From positions 928,001-992,000 of the forward strand of contig CAUVXB020000001.1 of assembly GCA_963555825.3 (NCBI GenBank): 64,000 nucleotides of DNA. The letters run 5' to 3'. The position numbers and the translations under genes are program-made. This document shows, in pieces, positions 37,759 through 48,630 of the stretch; positions within the stretch are counted from its first letter, which is position 1; each line of letters begins with the position of its first letter. The notes beneath the pieces were generated by a model that saw nothing but the letters and a program-made list of their open reading frames with translations, ran no database searches and was not told where the DNA came from. Source of the stretch: Alphaproteobacteria bacterium (lineage in GTDB: Bacteria; Pseudomonadota; Alphaproteobacteria; JAAXGF01).

Positions 37759-38757
37759 ATGCGGTATTGCATCGTGGGCGCGGGCGCCATGGGCGGCCTG
37801 CTCGCCGCCAAACTGGCGCTCGCCGGTGAGGACGTCACGGTCATCGCGCGCGGCGCGCATCTTCAGGCGATTCAGCGCGACGGGCTCAAGCTGATCATGA
37901 AGGACGGCGAGGAGCACGTCGCGCGCGACATCGTCGCGACCAGCGACATGCGCGAGGCCGGCGAGCACGACGTCGTCATCCTGGGCATCAAGGCCCAACA
38001 GATTCCCGGCATGGCGCATGCCGTGCGTCTGATGTTCGGCAAGAACACCGTTGTCGTGCCGGTGCAGAACGGCATTCCGTGGTGGTACTTCCACAAGCAC
38101 GGCGGGCCGTTCGACGGCCGGCGCCTCGACGCGCTCGACCCGGTCGGCGCGATCGACGGCAGCATCAGCCCCGGGCGCATCATCGGCTGCATCGCCTATC
38201 CCGCCGGCTACATCGCCGAACCCGGCGTGATCCAGCACGTTTCGGGTGACCGCTTCCCGCTCGGCGAGCTCGACGGCACGATCACGCCGCGCATCGAGGC
38301 GATTTCCGAATCGTTCACCAACGCCGGCTTCAAGGCCTATATCCTCGAGGACATCCGCTCCGAGGTCTGGCTCAAGCTGTGGGGCAACCTGTCGTTCAAC
38401 CCGGTCAGCGCGCTGACCGGCGCGACGCTCGAGGGCATGTGCCAATACCCGCCGAGCCGCGATCTGGTGGCCAAGATGATGACCGAGGCGCAGGACGTCG
38501 CCCACAAACTCGGCATTACCTTCCGCCACACCATGGAGAAGCGCATCGACGGCGCCGAGAAGGTCGGCGCCCACAAGACCTCGATGCTGCAGGACGTCGA
38601 GGCCGGCCGGCCGACCGAGGTCGAGGCGACGGTCGGCGCGGTGGTCGAGCTCGGCCGGCTGACCGAGACGCCGACGCCGCATATTAACGCGGTTTACGCC
38701 TGCCTCAAGCTGCTCGAGGAAACGCGATTCGCCGACAGCGCCCTGGTGGCCGCCTAG
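37759..38757 (+). CDS. panE: 2-dehydropantoate 2-reductase family protein
   Basis: VGAGAMG, QNGIPWW, WLKLWGNL, TSMLQD..GRPTE. Confidence 0.85.
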   Translation: MRYCIVGAGAMGGLLAAKLALAGEDVTVIARGAHLQAIQRDGLKLIMKDGEEHVARDIVATSDMREAGEHDVVILGIKAQQIPGMAHAVRLMFGKNTVVVPVQNGIPWWYFHKHGGPFDGRRLDALDPVGAIDGSISPGRIIGCIAYPAGYIAEPGVIQHVSGDRFPLGELDGTITPRIEAISESFTNAGFKAYILEDIRSEVWLKLWGNLSFNPVSALTGATLEGMCQYPPSRDLVAKMMTEAQDVAHKLGITFRHTMEKRIDGAEKVGAHKTSMLQDVEAGRPTEVEATVGAVVELGRLTETPTPHINAVYACLKLLEETRFADSALVAA

Positions 38758-38796
38758 GTCGCTCGGGTTCGGCGCGGCAAGGCCGCATGTCACCCA

Positions 38797-38872
38797 ATAA
38801 TGGGGTCGGATACCATTTCTCTAATTATTTTAACGACAATTCAATGAAGTAAACGGTGTCTGACCCCAATAA
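38797..38872. repeat. REP/MITE-like inverted repeat with AT-rich spacer
   Basis: TGGGGTCGGATACC ... GGTGTCTGACCCCA between convergent genes. Confidence 0.65.
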
Positions 38873-38899
38873 TTATGGCGCGGATGCGTCGGCCGGGCG

Positions 38900-39439
38900 C
38901 TACAGGGCGTGCATCGCCGATGCGGTGATGTTCTTCTTTCGGATGTTGATGGTCACCGGCGTCGCGTTGCTGAGGATGTCGAACACCGGACAATGCGCGT
39001 CGACCGCGTCCTTCAGGCGCTGAATGTCTTGCTCGCTCGCCGGGCTGTCGATGACCACGTCCGCGGTGATTTTCGAATAACCCGGCCGCGCCTCGTCATC
39101 GACGTCCAAAAAGCCGCATAGATCGATGTCGCCGGTGACCTCGACGACGATTCCGTCCATCGGAATGCCGAGCAGGTCGGCATACAGCCGGTAGGTGATC
39201 TCCTGACAAGCGCCGAGCGCCGTCAGGATCAGCTCGACCGGATTGGGGCCCGCGTCGGACCCGCCGAGCGCCTCCCGTTCGTCGATCGTCAGGTTGAAGT
39301 TCCGCGTTTGCGCCACGCACTGCAATCCTTCGACCAGCGCGCTCACCGAGCGGTACTGGACCTTGGCGCGCTCGGCGTTCGAGCGGTACGTCGACTGGAA
39401 CGCCTCGACTTTCTCCTTGAAAGACGTCTTTTCATTCAT
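38900..39439 (-). CDS. OsmC family protein
   Basis: GPNPVEL..ALGAC, HCPV. Confidence 0.88.
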   Translation of the reverse strand: MNEKTSFKEKVEAFQSTYRSNAERAKVQYRSVSALVEGLQCVAQTRNFNLTIDEREALGGSDAGPNPVELILTALGACQEITYRLYADLLGIPMDGIVVEVTGDIDLCGFLDVDDEARPGYSKITADVVIDSPASEQDIQRLKDAVDAHCPVFDILSNATPVTINIRKKNITASAMHAL

Positions 39440-39759
39440 CAGCCGTGTCCCCGGGGCGATGTGTTCCTGGGATCAAGCTGTCACAATCAGCCCGGAGATT
39501 CAATCGATCCGGTCCTTCGGGGTCCTCACAAAATCTTGATTTACATCCAACCCGACGGCCGCATTCCAGTTGGTCGTCCCAATCCCCGGGATTCGGTGCC
39601 CGTGGCCCAATCGACAGCCCATTGGCCATTTAGGGCCACAGCGGTTACAAATGGTCCGGTCCCGGCGGCCCTCTGGTCGTCGGTTCGCACAGGGGGTGCC
39701 GGCCGAAAAACAAAAATTCGGCCCTGTTTGGCCGTCCAAGAACGCGGATTTCACGTCCA

Positions 39760-40957
<1,198 letters not shown>

Positions 40958-40960
<3 letters not shown>

Positions 40961-41109
40961 AGTCTTTGTTCCGGTCACCTTTGGTGACCTGCGCTCAATC
41001 GCCGCGCATACTTCCGCCGAGCGGTCGGCGGCCCCCCTCTTGTTGGAATCAAGGTTGGCGCGGGCTGGAAGATTCCGATCGAGTTCAATTTCGATCGCAC
41101 AATTCTCTA
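40958..41109 (+). repeat. Structured interspersed repeat, copy 1
   Basis: TAGAG...CTCTA ends; homologous to 48500-48630 and to the reverse complement of 54816-55018. Confidence 0.85.
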
Positions 41110-41131
41110 ACCCATGGGGCGGCGCAGCGTT

Positions 41132-41650
41132 CTACGATCCGTCGGCTTGGTTGACAAGCGTGATCTTGGGATCGCGCGCCAGCGTCTGGTACACGACGCA
41201 ATAGCGCTCGGTCAGCTTGAACAAAGTGGCGAGCTGCTCTTCGCTCGCAGTGGTATCGAGGTCGAAGCGCAGGCGGATGTCGGTGAAGCCGACCGCGGCG
41301 TCGCGGTCGACGCCCAGCGTGCCGCGGAAATCGAGATCGCCCTCGGCGTGCACCGTGCCGCCCGCGACCGGCACATCGAGTGCTGTCGCCACGGCGCGCA
41401 GCGTCACGCCCGCGCAGGCCGCGAGTGCCTCGAGCAGCATGTCGCCCGAGCAGGCCGACAGGCCGTCGCCGCCAGTCGCGGGGTGCAGCCCGGCCTCGAC
41501 GATCGCCTTGCCCGTGTCGACCGAGCAGGTAATGCCTTCCTCGCCAAGGGTACCGTCGGCCTTGAGCGTAATGACCGCCGATTGCGGTGATTCCTTGTAT
41601 TGATCTTTGAACGGCGCTTGCAGCGCCCGGAGTTCTGCCGCGTCCATCAC
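41132..41650 (-). CDS. OsmC family protein
   Basis: CSGDMLLEALAACAGVT, LTERYCVVYQTL. Confidence 0.88.
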   Translation of the reverse strand: MMDAAELRALQAPFKDQYKESPQSAVITLKADGTLGEEGITCSVDTGKAIVEAGLHPATGGDGLSACSGDMLLEALAACAGVTLRAVATALDVPVAGGTVHAEGDLDFRGTLGVDRDAAVGFTDIRLRFDLDTTASEEQLATLFKLTERYCVVYQTLARDPKITLVNQADGS

Positions 41651-41710
41651 GATCTCCTCACATGCCTGGGCGTGAAGATATCAATTTCGGCACGGCAACG
41701 ATAGCGCCGC

Positions 41711-42457
41711 TCAAAGCTCGATTGCGGCGGCATCGCGGAGTATCGCCTCGGCGCCCGGCGTATAGCGACCGTCGGCCTCATGCAGCGCCAAACCCGGCGC
41801 GAGTACGGCCGGTGTCGCGGCGCCTTTGCGTGCTTGAACGATGACACGCCTGGCCGGCCGCCCACCCGTCGCGTCGGGCCACAAGGGAAAGACCACGATT
41901 GCGCCCGCCTTGCCGTACAGATGCGCAATCAGCGCGTCGAGCCGGTCGGCACGATGGACGATGGTGATGATGCCGCGCGGTTTTGCCATGCGTATGCAAA
42001 AGCCGATCCAGGCGGCGAGGTCGGCCGTCCCTTCGATCGCCGCAAGCGCCTTGGCGTCGTCGGGCGATCGCTCGACGCGGCCGGCTTCGTGGTGCGGCGG
42101 GTTCGACATGACATGGTCGAAGCTGCCCGGCGCGAGGCGCGGCGGCGGCTGCATCAGGTCGCCGACCAGCACCTCGACCCGGTCGCCGACGCCGTTGAGC
42201 GTGGCATTGTCGGTCGCAAGGCGTGCCAGCTCGCGTTGCATCTCGATGCCGACGATGCGGCAGCCGGGCGCCCGTGTCGCGAGACAGAGCGTGGCGGCGC
42301 CCGCGCCGGCGCCGACATCGAGCACGGTCTCGCCGGCCCCGGCAGGCACGGCGGCGGCGAGCAGCACCGGATCGATCGCCGCGCGGTAGCCGGCCTTGGG
42401 CTGCTTCAGGCGGACACGACCGCCGAGCAGATTGTCGTCGGTCAAGCCGTCAGTCAC
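41711..42457 (-). CDS. tRNA1(Val) A37 N6-methyltransferase-like protein
   Basis: QPKAGYRAAIDPVLLAA, LDVGAGAG, MSNPP; usual position next to ispB. Confidence 0.85.
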   Translation of the reverse strand: MTDGLTDDNLLGGRVRLKQPKAGYRAAIDPVLLAAAVPAGAGETVLDVGAGAGAATLCLATRAPGCRIVGIEMQRELARLATDNATLNGVGDRVEVLVGDLMQPPPRLAPGSFDHVMSNPPHHEAGRVERSPDDAKALAAIEGTADLAAWIGFCIRMAKPRGIITIVHRADRLDALIAHLYGKAGAIVVFPLWPDATGGRPARRVIVQARKGAATPAVLAPGLALHEADGRYTPGAEAILRDAAAIEL

Positions 42458-42668
42458 GGCGATAAGACTCGCCCGCCAAATCGAGCACGCGGCGCGCCGC
42501 GACGATATCGTCGTCGATGACCATCAGACGGCGCGGGATGGCGCCGATGCTGCCCTCGAGGATGCTCGTGTGGGTGTCGAGCACCACGGTCTCGATGCCC
42601 GCGTCGGCGAGCAGCGCGCCGAGGAACGACAGCCGCACGATGTCGTTTGTCCGCAACAACTCGACCAT
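42450..42668 (-). CDS. DUF2007 family small protein
   Basis: MVELLRTND..LDTHTSILEGSIGAIPRRLMV. Confidence 0.8.
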   Translation of the reverse strand: MVELLRTNDIVRLSFLGALLADAGIETVVLDTHTSILEGSIGAIPRRLMVIDDDIVAARRVLDLAGESYRRD

Positions 42669-42780
42669 GTTTAATCCCGCTTCCCCCCATTCGCCCGTCT
42701 GATAAACTGCCAACATAACAACAACGGGCGGCCATGCTTGCCCGAGCGCCAACGGCGCGTCAAGGGAGGGGGAACGACAC

Positions 42781-43803
42781 ATGGCTTCGGTGGTAGACCT
42801 GCACGCGCAGCGCGCGCCGGCCGGGCGGCCGACGCTCGACCGGCTCAATGGGCTGGTCGCCGATGAACTCACCGCGGTGAACCGGTTGATCGTCGAGCGC
42901 ATGAACAGCCAGGTCGCGCTGATCCCGCAGCTCGCCGGCCACATCATCGCCTCGGGCGGCAAGCGCATCAGGCCCATGCTGACGTTGACCGCGGCCAAGC
43001 TGTGCGGCTATGCGGGCACGCGCCAGGTCGGGCTCGCCGCCTGCGTCGAGTTCATCCACACGGCGACGCTGCTGCACGACGACGTCGTCGACAAGAGCGA
43101 CCTGCGCCGCGGCAACGCGACCGCCAACGCGGTGTGGGGCAACAAACCGAGCGTGCTGGTCGGCGATTTCCTGTTCTCCCGCGCCTTCCAGTTGATGGTC
43201 GGCGACGGCTCGCTCAAGGTGCTCAATATCCTCTCCGACGCCTCGGCAACGATCGCCGAGGGCGAGGTCCTGCAGCTGGTCACCTCGAATGACACGGCGA
43301 CCAGCGAGGAAGCCTATCTCGAGGTCATCGTCGCCAAGACCGCGACGTTGTTCGCCGCCGCCTGCCGGCTCGGCGCCGTCGTCGTCGACCGCCCGGCGGT
43401 CGAGGAGGACGCGCTAAAGAGCTATGGCATGAACCTCGGCATCGCCTTCCAGCTGATCGACGATGTGCTCGATTATTCGGCGCGCCAGGCCGAGCTGGGC
43501 AAGACCGTTGGCGACGATTTCGCCGACGGCAAGATCACGCTGCCCGTGGTCCTCGCCTATCGGCGCGGCGACGCCGACGAGCAGGCGTTCTGGCGCCGCG
43601 CGCTCGAGGACGGCGACCAGCGTGACGGCGATCTCGCGCACGCCATCGAGCTGATGCAGCGTCACGGCACGTTGACCGACACGGTCGAGCGCGCGCGCCA
43701 TTACGGCGCGGTGGCGCGCGACGCGCTCGGCATCTTCGCCGACGGCGAGGAGAAGGCGGTGCTCCGGGAGCTGGTCGACTTCTGCATCGAGCGGGCCTAC
43801 TGA
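42781..43803 (+). CDS. ispB: Octaprenyl/polyprenyl diphosphate synthase
   Basis: GGKRIRP, LLHDDVVD..RRG, FQLIDDVLD. Confidence 0.92.
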   Translation: MASVVDLHAQRAPAGRPTLDRLNGLVADELTAVNRLIVERMNSQVALIPQLAGHIIASGGKRIRPMLTLTAAKLCGYAGTRQVGLAACVEFIHTATLLHDDVVDKSDLRRGNATANAVWGNKPSVLVGDFLFSRAFQLMVGDGSLKVLNILSDASATIAEGEVLQLVTSNDTATSEEAYLEVIVAKTATLFAAACRLGAVVVDRPAVEEDALKSYGMNLGIAFQLIDDVLDYSARQAELGKTVGDDFADGKITLPVVLAYRRGDADEQAFWRRALEDGDQRDGDLAHAIELMQRHGTLTDTVERARHYGAVARDALGIFADGEEKAVLRELVDFCIERAY

Positions 43804-43870
43804 GCGTACCGGCGCAGCCACCCGGTTCAAGACGACCATACGATTCAAGACGGATCGGGAGACGAGACCC

Positions 43871-45160
43871 ATGAGCGAGCCGAAGACGATCGCGTTTTTC
43901 CCGGAGGGCGCCTTCGGACCGGCGCTCAACTCGGTCGGCATCGCGCAGGCCTGTCGCGAATTGGGCCACAATTCGGTGTTCATCTGCGACCCCGGCTTCG
44001 CCGGCGTCTTCAAGGAATACGGCTTCGACGAGCACCCGGTGAACATGTCCGAGCCGATGGCACCCGAGGCGATGGCGAAATACTGGTCGGACTTCATCAA
44101 CGGCCACATCGCCAACTTCGACCTGACGCCCTATGAGCAGATCGGCAACTACGTCAAGGAGTGTTGGGAGGCGATCGTCAGCACCTCGGTGTGGGCCGAG
44201 AAGGAACTGCCCGACATCCTCGCGCGCATCCAGCCCGACGTCATCTGCATCGACAACGTGATCTTGTTTCCGGCGACCAAGCGCTACGGCGTGCCCTGGG
44301 TGCGCATCGTCTCGTGCAGCGAGAACGAGTTCCCCGACCCCGACATCCCGCCGCACCTCTCGGGCTGCAGCGAGACCGACAAGGACTGCTTCGCGGCGTT
44401 CGAGGCGCGCTTCAACGCGATGGTCAAGCCGATCCACGACGAATTCAACGGCTTCCTCGCCGATTGCGGCGAGGCGCCCTACCCGCTCGGCCAGTTCTTC
44501 GAGGCCTCGCCCTACCTGAACCTGCTGCTCTATCCCGAACCGGTGCGTTTCGAGCGGCGCAACCCGCTCGACCCCGAGAAGTTCCAGTACCTCGAAGGCT
44601 GCGTCCGGGCCGATGCGCCCTACGAAATACCGAAATTCGAGGCCAACAATAGGGCGCCGCTCCTGTACGTCTCGTTCGGCAGCCTGGGCTCGGGCGACAC
44701 CGATCTCTTGAAGCGCATCATCGCGCTGATCGGCAAGCTGCCCTACCGCGCGCTGGTCAACGTCGGCGACTACATCGACGCCTACGACGCGCCGCCGCCC
44801 AACGTGCACCTCGCGTCATGGTATCCGCAGCCCTCGGTGCTGCCCCTTATCGACGCGGTGATCCACCACGGCGGCAACAACTCGTTCACCGAGTGCCTCT
44901 ATTTCGGCAAGCCGGCGATCATCATGCCCTACGTCTGGGACGGCCACGACAACGCCATGCGCGTGCAAGAGACGCGCCACGGCTTGCGAATGCACCGCTC
45001 GAACTGGACCGATGACGTACTCGCCGGCGCCATCGAGACGCTGCTCACCGACGCCGAGATGGGCGCCAAACTGGCCGACACTTGCGACCACATGCAAGAA
45101 GAGAACGGCGCCGAGAAGGCCGCCCGCCTGTTGGACAAGCTCGCCAGGGAGCACGGCTGA
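43871..45160 (+). CDS. GT1/MGT family glycosyltransferase
   Basis: YVSFGSLG, WYPQ..IHHGGNNSFTECLYFGKP..P..WDG. Confidence 0.88.
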   Translation: MSEPKTIAFFPEGAFGPALNSVGIAQACRELGHNSVFICDPGFAGVFKEYGFDEHPVNMSEPMAPEAMAKYWSDFINGHIANFDLTPYEQIGNYVKECWEAIVSTSVWAEKELPDILARIQPDVICIDNVILFPATKRYGVPWVRIVSCSENEFPDPDIPPHLSGCSETDKDCFAAFEARFNAMVKPIHDEFNGFLADCGEAPYPLGQFFEASPYLNLLLYPEPVRFERRNPLDPEKFQYLEGCVRADAPYEIPKFEANNRAPLLYVSFGSLGSGDTDLLKRIIALIGKLPYRALVNVGDYIDAYDAPPPNVHLASWYPQPSVLPLIDAVIHHGGNNSFTECLYFGKPAIIMPYVWDGHDNAMRVQETRHGLRMHRSNWTDDVLAGAIETLLTDAEMGAKLADTCDHMQEENGAEKAARLLDKLAREHG

Positions 45161-45182
45161 ATAGGCGCGACGGCCTCGAGCG

Positions 45183-45373
45183 CTCCATTAAACGAAAGCA
45201 GTATACATTTTTTTGCGATGAGCCTGCGAACGATTGGATGGCGCCGAGGAGATGTGCAACGGGTCGGCGGAGATCGGCAAATTAATTGTATACTGCATAC
45301 GTTTAATGGAGCTTGTGATCAATCCGCCGACGACCGATTGATGTAAATGTATACTGCTTACGTTTATCGGCGC
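45183..45373. repeat. MITE-like inverted repeat with a third copy of the end
   Basis: GCTCCATTAAACGAAAGCAGTATACA vs TGTATACTGCATACGTTTAATGGAGC; extra TGTATACTGCTTACGTTTA at ~45348. Confidence 0.7.
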
Positions 45374-45539
45374 CGCCCGATGTCATCGTCTGTGGCGGTC
45401 GCATCGAACACCCGTTTGTCGACGCTAGATGTCATGGCATCCAGCGTAGCAGACCGGGGCGCGCAAGGCGGCTTGCGGCGCGTGCCGGTTGGCGCTATAC
45501 GTGGCGCGCCCGCGAGCCCGCGGGGGTCGGAGGATTTAC

Positions 45540-45616
45540 CGGAGTGTAGCTCAGCCTGGTAGAGCACCGTCTTCGGGAGGCGGGGGCCGGTGGTTCGAAT
45601 CCACTCACTCCGACCA
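45540..45616 (+). tRNA. tRNA-Pro(CGG)
   Basis: CGGAGTG acceptor stem, anticodon loop TTCGGGA, GGTTCGAATCC T-arm, CCA end. Confidence 0.96.
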
Positions 45617-45623
45617 GCAGCGC

Positions 45624-45660
45624 AAAGGCTCGGCCGACATCGGCCGGGCCTTTGTTTTTG
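45624..45660 (+). terminator. Rho-independent terminator after tRNA-Pro
   Basis: AAAGGCTCGGCCG-ACAT-CGGCCGGGCCTTT followed by GTTTTT. Confidence 0.8.
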
Positions 45661-45667
45661 GCATGCT

Positions 45668-45912
45668 TACGCCGCCGCCTTCGCCTCGAAGAGATGCACG
45701 TCGCGCCGCGCGAAGGGGATCGAGATGCCGGCGGCGGTGAGCGCATTCTCGAACGCCTTGGTCAGGTCGGTCATGCCATGCGCGTTGCGCGTCGCGCGCG
45801 AGATTCAACGCATCCCGATCCAACCGTCGACGAGAATGATGATGCCGCCGATGACGTCGAGCCCGTAAATCGTGATGGCCTCGAAGGCCCGATTGACGTT
45901 TTCCTGGTTCAT
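45668..45912 (-). pseudogene. MscS remnant with the middle deleted
   Basis: MNQENVNRAFEAITIYGLDVIGGIIILV start; AGISIPFARRDVHL-type MscS C-terminus. Confidence 0.65.
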
Positions 45913-46054
45913 GCCCTTGTCCCCCGCGGAAATATTTCGCCCGCCTTATAGGCAAAGCACGCGGATTGTCCAGCGATGCGCGGCGGGCGCCGCGCCGGTC
46001 ATCGACACCCGCGACCCCTCCGCCGAAGCCTTCGGCGACCAGGGTTGACGGGGC

Positions 46055-46813
46055 TTACTCGACGCCGCCGGCGTCCTCGAGCATCACAATCACCGCGTCG
46101 TGGTCGGCGGCGATGTAGTCGCGCGGCTGGGCGAAATTGCCGGCCAGCACGGCGAGGCCGAGCGCCGTCTTGCCGACGTCGTTGCGCGCGTTGACCGCGG
46201 CGCCGCGTTCGAGCAGCAACGCGACCGTCGCCCTGCGGCCGCGGCTCGCGGCGTACATCAGCGCGGTGGCGCCGACCTCCGAGGCGGCGTCGATCGCGAC
46301 GCCGACGTCGATCAGCGCGGCCACCGCGGCCGTGCGCCCCATCTCGGCCGCCGTCAGGAACACCGCGTTGCGCAGCGCCGCGACGGCGTCGCCGCCGCCC
46401 GGTGTCGTCACCGCCTCGAGATCGCCGTTGGTCGCGCCACGCTTGGCCTGGTAGAGCATGATCGCGACTTCGGCGTGGCCGTCCGCCAGGCCGTGGACGA
46501 CGATGTCGCCGACCGCGAAGACCGCGCATTCGCGCGCGAAGCGCTCGAGACAGTCCTCGATCGCCTGGTCGATCGCGATGCCCGGCTGGCTGATGCGCTC
46601 GCTGCGGCCCCAGCGTCCCGTCCCGGCCTCGATGGCGAAGGCCTTGAAACCGAGTGCTTGGGGCACATCGCCGTATTCCTGGAACGGGATCTGCGCGCGC
46701 GGCGGCAGCAGCGCCAGCGTCGCCGGGTCGGCGGCCCGCGTCGGTCCGGCCACGCTCGCGGCAAACAACGACGCGGCGAGGGTTATCGTATGGCCGGACA
46801 TTGCCTTGGTCAT
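46055..46813 (-). CDS. Secreted ankyrin-repeat protein
   Basis: Signal-like N-terminus; GATALMYAASRG..LLERGAAVNARNDVGKTAL; start uncertain. Confidence 0.75.
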   Translation of the reverse strand: MTKAMSGHTITLAASLFAASVAGPTRAADPATLALLPPRAQIPFQEYGDVPQALGFKAFAIEAGTGRWGRSERISQPGIAIDQAIEDCLERFARECAVFAVGDIVVHGLADGHAEVAIMLYQAKRGATNGDLEAVTTPGGGDAVAALRNAVFLTAAEMGRTAAVAALIDVGVAIDAASEVGATALMYAASRGRRATVALLLERGAAVNARNDVGKTALGLAVLAGNFAQPRDYIAADHDAVIVMLEDAGGVE

Positions 46814-46821
46814 CGCCGTCC

Positions 46822-47887
46822 CTACCCGCGCCGCCGGCCGTCCTGGTCGATCAAGAAGCTTAGCGCGACGTAGCGTCGCCCGCGCGTCACCGGCGGCGCC
46901 TGATGCAGCAGCGAGCAAGAGAACAAGATGGCGCCCCCCGTCCCCGTCGAATAGACCTGATCGCCGTATTCGGGAAACATCAGCCCGCCGCCCTCATAGC
47001 CCTCGTTGAGGTTCACGGTGATGGCGAAACGCCGGTTGGCGGTCTGCGGCGTCGTGTTGTCGCGGTGCGCGTGGAAATAGTCGCCGCGCTCGGCCTCGTA
47101 AGCGCCGATGCAGAACGCCTCGATCACCGTGGTGGCGAAGTTGAACGCCTTGAACACTTCGGGCGCGATGCGCCGCTCGACATAGCCGATCAGCTCGTGG
47201 TTGACCGCGTCGGACGGGTTGTGGTCGAGCCGCTTCTTGATGCCGTGATCGATGGCGCGGCTCGCCGGGTCGACCGTGCCCGAACCGCGCTTGCGCACGC
47301 CGCCTTCGGCGTGATCGTCGCGCCAGTCGCCGATCAGCCGTTCGCAGAGCGCGGCGTCGAAGACGTCGGGGATCAACAGCACCGGCGCCTGGGCCGAGAC
47401 GATACCGGGGGCGCCCAACCGCCGGCGGCTCGGTCGGCAGATGGGCCAGCGCGCGGGCGGCGTGGCCGTCGCCGGGCGCGTCCGGCAGCGACGCGAGCAC
47501 ATGTTGGTTGCGGTCGAGAACGAGCGTGGCGAGCCCGTCGACGCCGTAGCCGCGGGTGATCGCGCCTTCCGGGTCGGAGAACAGGGTGAAGTCGATGCCA
47601 TGCGCGTCGACCAGCCGGCGGTTCGCCGCCACCGCGTCGCGCGTCACCGCGACGATCCGCGCGCCGGCGTCTGCGAACGCCGCGCCGCGCTCGACGAAGC
47701 CGAGCAGCGCGCCGAGCGCCGCCGCGTCGCGGCCCGACGGGTAAAAGAACAGGACCACCCGGTTGCCCTTGAAGCGGTCGTAGAAGCGCCCGAACTTGCC
47801 GTCCGGGTTGGGCAGCATGAAATCGGGCGCGCGGTCGCCCCGCGTGAAACCCGGCGCCGGCCCGGTCTTCGGTCGTTGCTTCGCCAT
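46822..47887 (-). pseudogene. Redoxin (BCP-like) plus 2OG-Fe(II) oxygenase fusion, frameshift ~47410 (possibly a sequencing error)
   Basis: GDRAPDFMLP, VVLFFYP in one frame; APVLLIPDVF, HRDNT, FSCSLLH, RYV in another. Confidence 0.75.
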
Positions 47888-47974
47888 GGCGGGATAATGC
47901 GCCAAACCGTGCGGCCGGGCCAAGCCCCCTGCGCGCGGCCAACCGCATTGCCGCGCTCGACGCGGCCGAGCGTG

Positions 47975-48496
47975 CACGGCGTGAAGGCGATCGTCTGCAT
48001 GTCGAACCTGGTGCCGCGCAACAAGCTCGACGCGCGTCATCGGCATCTCGACGGACCAGGGTGCCGCGATGTACCAGAGCAAGCGCGCCGGCCAGCCGGT
48101 GCGGGTCGAGGAGGCGCCGAGCCTGGCCGACAGCCTGGGCGGCGGCATCGGCCTCGACAACGTCTTCAGCTTTGCGCTGGTGCTGGTGACCGAACACGAG
48201 ATCGCCCGGGCGATGCGCCACGTCTTTCGCACCGAGCGTCTGGTCGCCGAGGGCGGCGCCTGCGTCGGTATCGCGGCCTTGCTCAACGATCGCGCGGACC
48301 GGTTCGGCGACAACATCGCCGTCGTCGTCAGCGGCGCCGACGTCGACCTCGACCGCTTTCTCGCGATCGTCGGCAACGAGGCACGGCCATGAGCGTCACG
48401 ATCCTGACCGAAACCGGCGTCCAGGACACCGCTATCGCGCTCCACGCCTTCCACGAGGCGACCGAACGCGGCTTCGGCACGGTCATCGAGACGTAA
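47975..48496 (+). pseudogene. Collapsed eutB-eutC (ectoine utilisation) remnant
   Basis: GVKAIVCMSNLVPRNK, SLADSLGGGIGLDN, LVAEGGACVGIAALL; then MSVTILTE joined directly to TGVQDTAIA. Confidence 0.75.
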
Positions 48497-48499
48497 TGT

Positions 48500-48630
48500 G
48501 TGATCCGGTCATCTTTACGCCGTAAAGATGACCTGCGCTCAATCGCCGCGCATGCTCTCGCCGAACGGTCGGCGGCCCGCAGTCGCGGGCTGGCATCATC
48601 CGACCGATTCTGATCGATTGGATGATGCCT
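48500..48630 (+). repeat. Structured interspersed repeat, copy 2
   Basis: GACCTGCGCTCAATCGCCGCGCAT..GCCGAACGGTCGGCGGCCC shared with the other copies. Confidence 0.8.

Noticed and set aside
45540-45616. tRNA-Pro as an island integration site
   Set aside because: No integrase and no duplicated tRNA 3' end seen in the window
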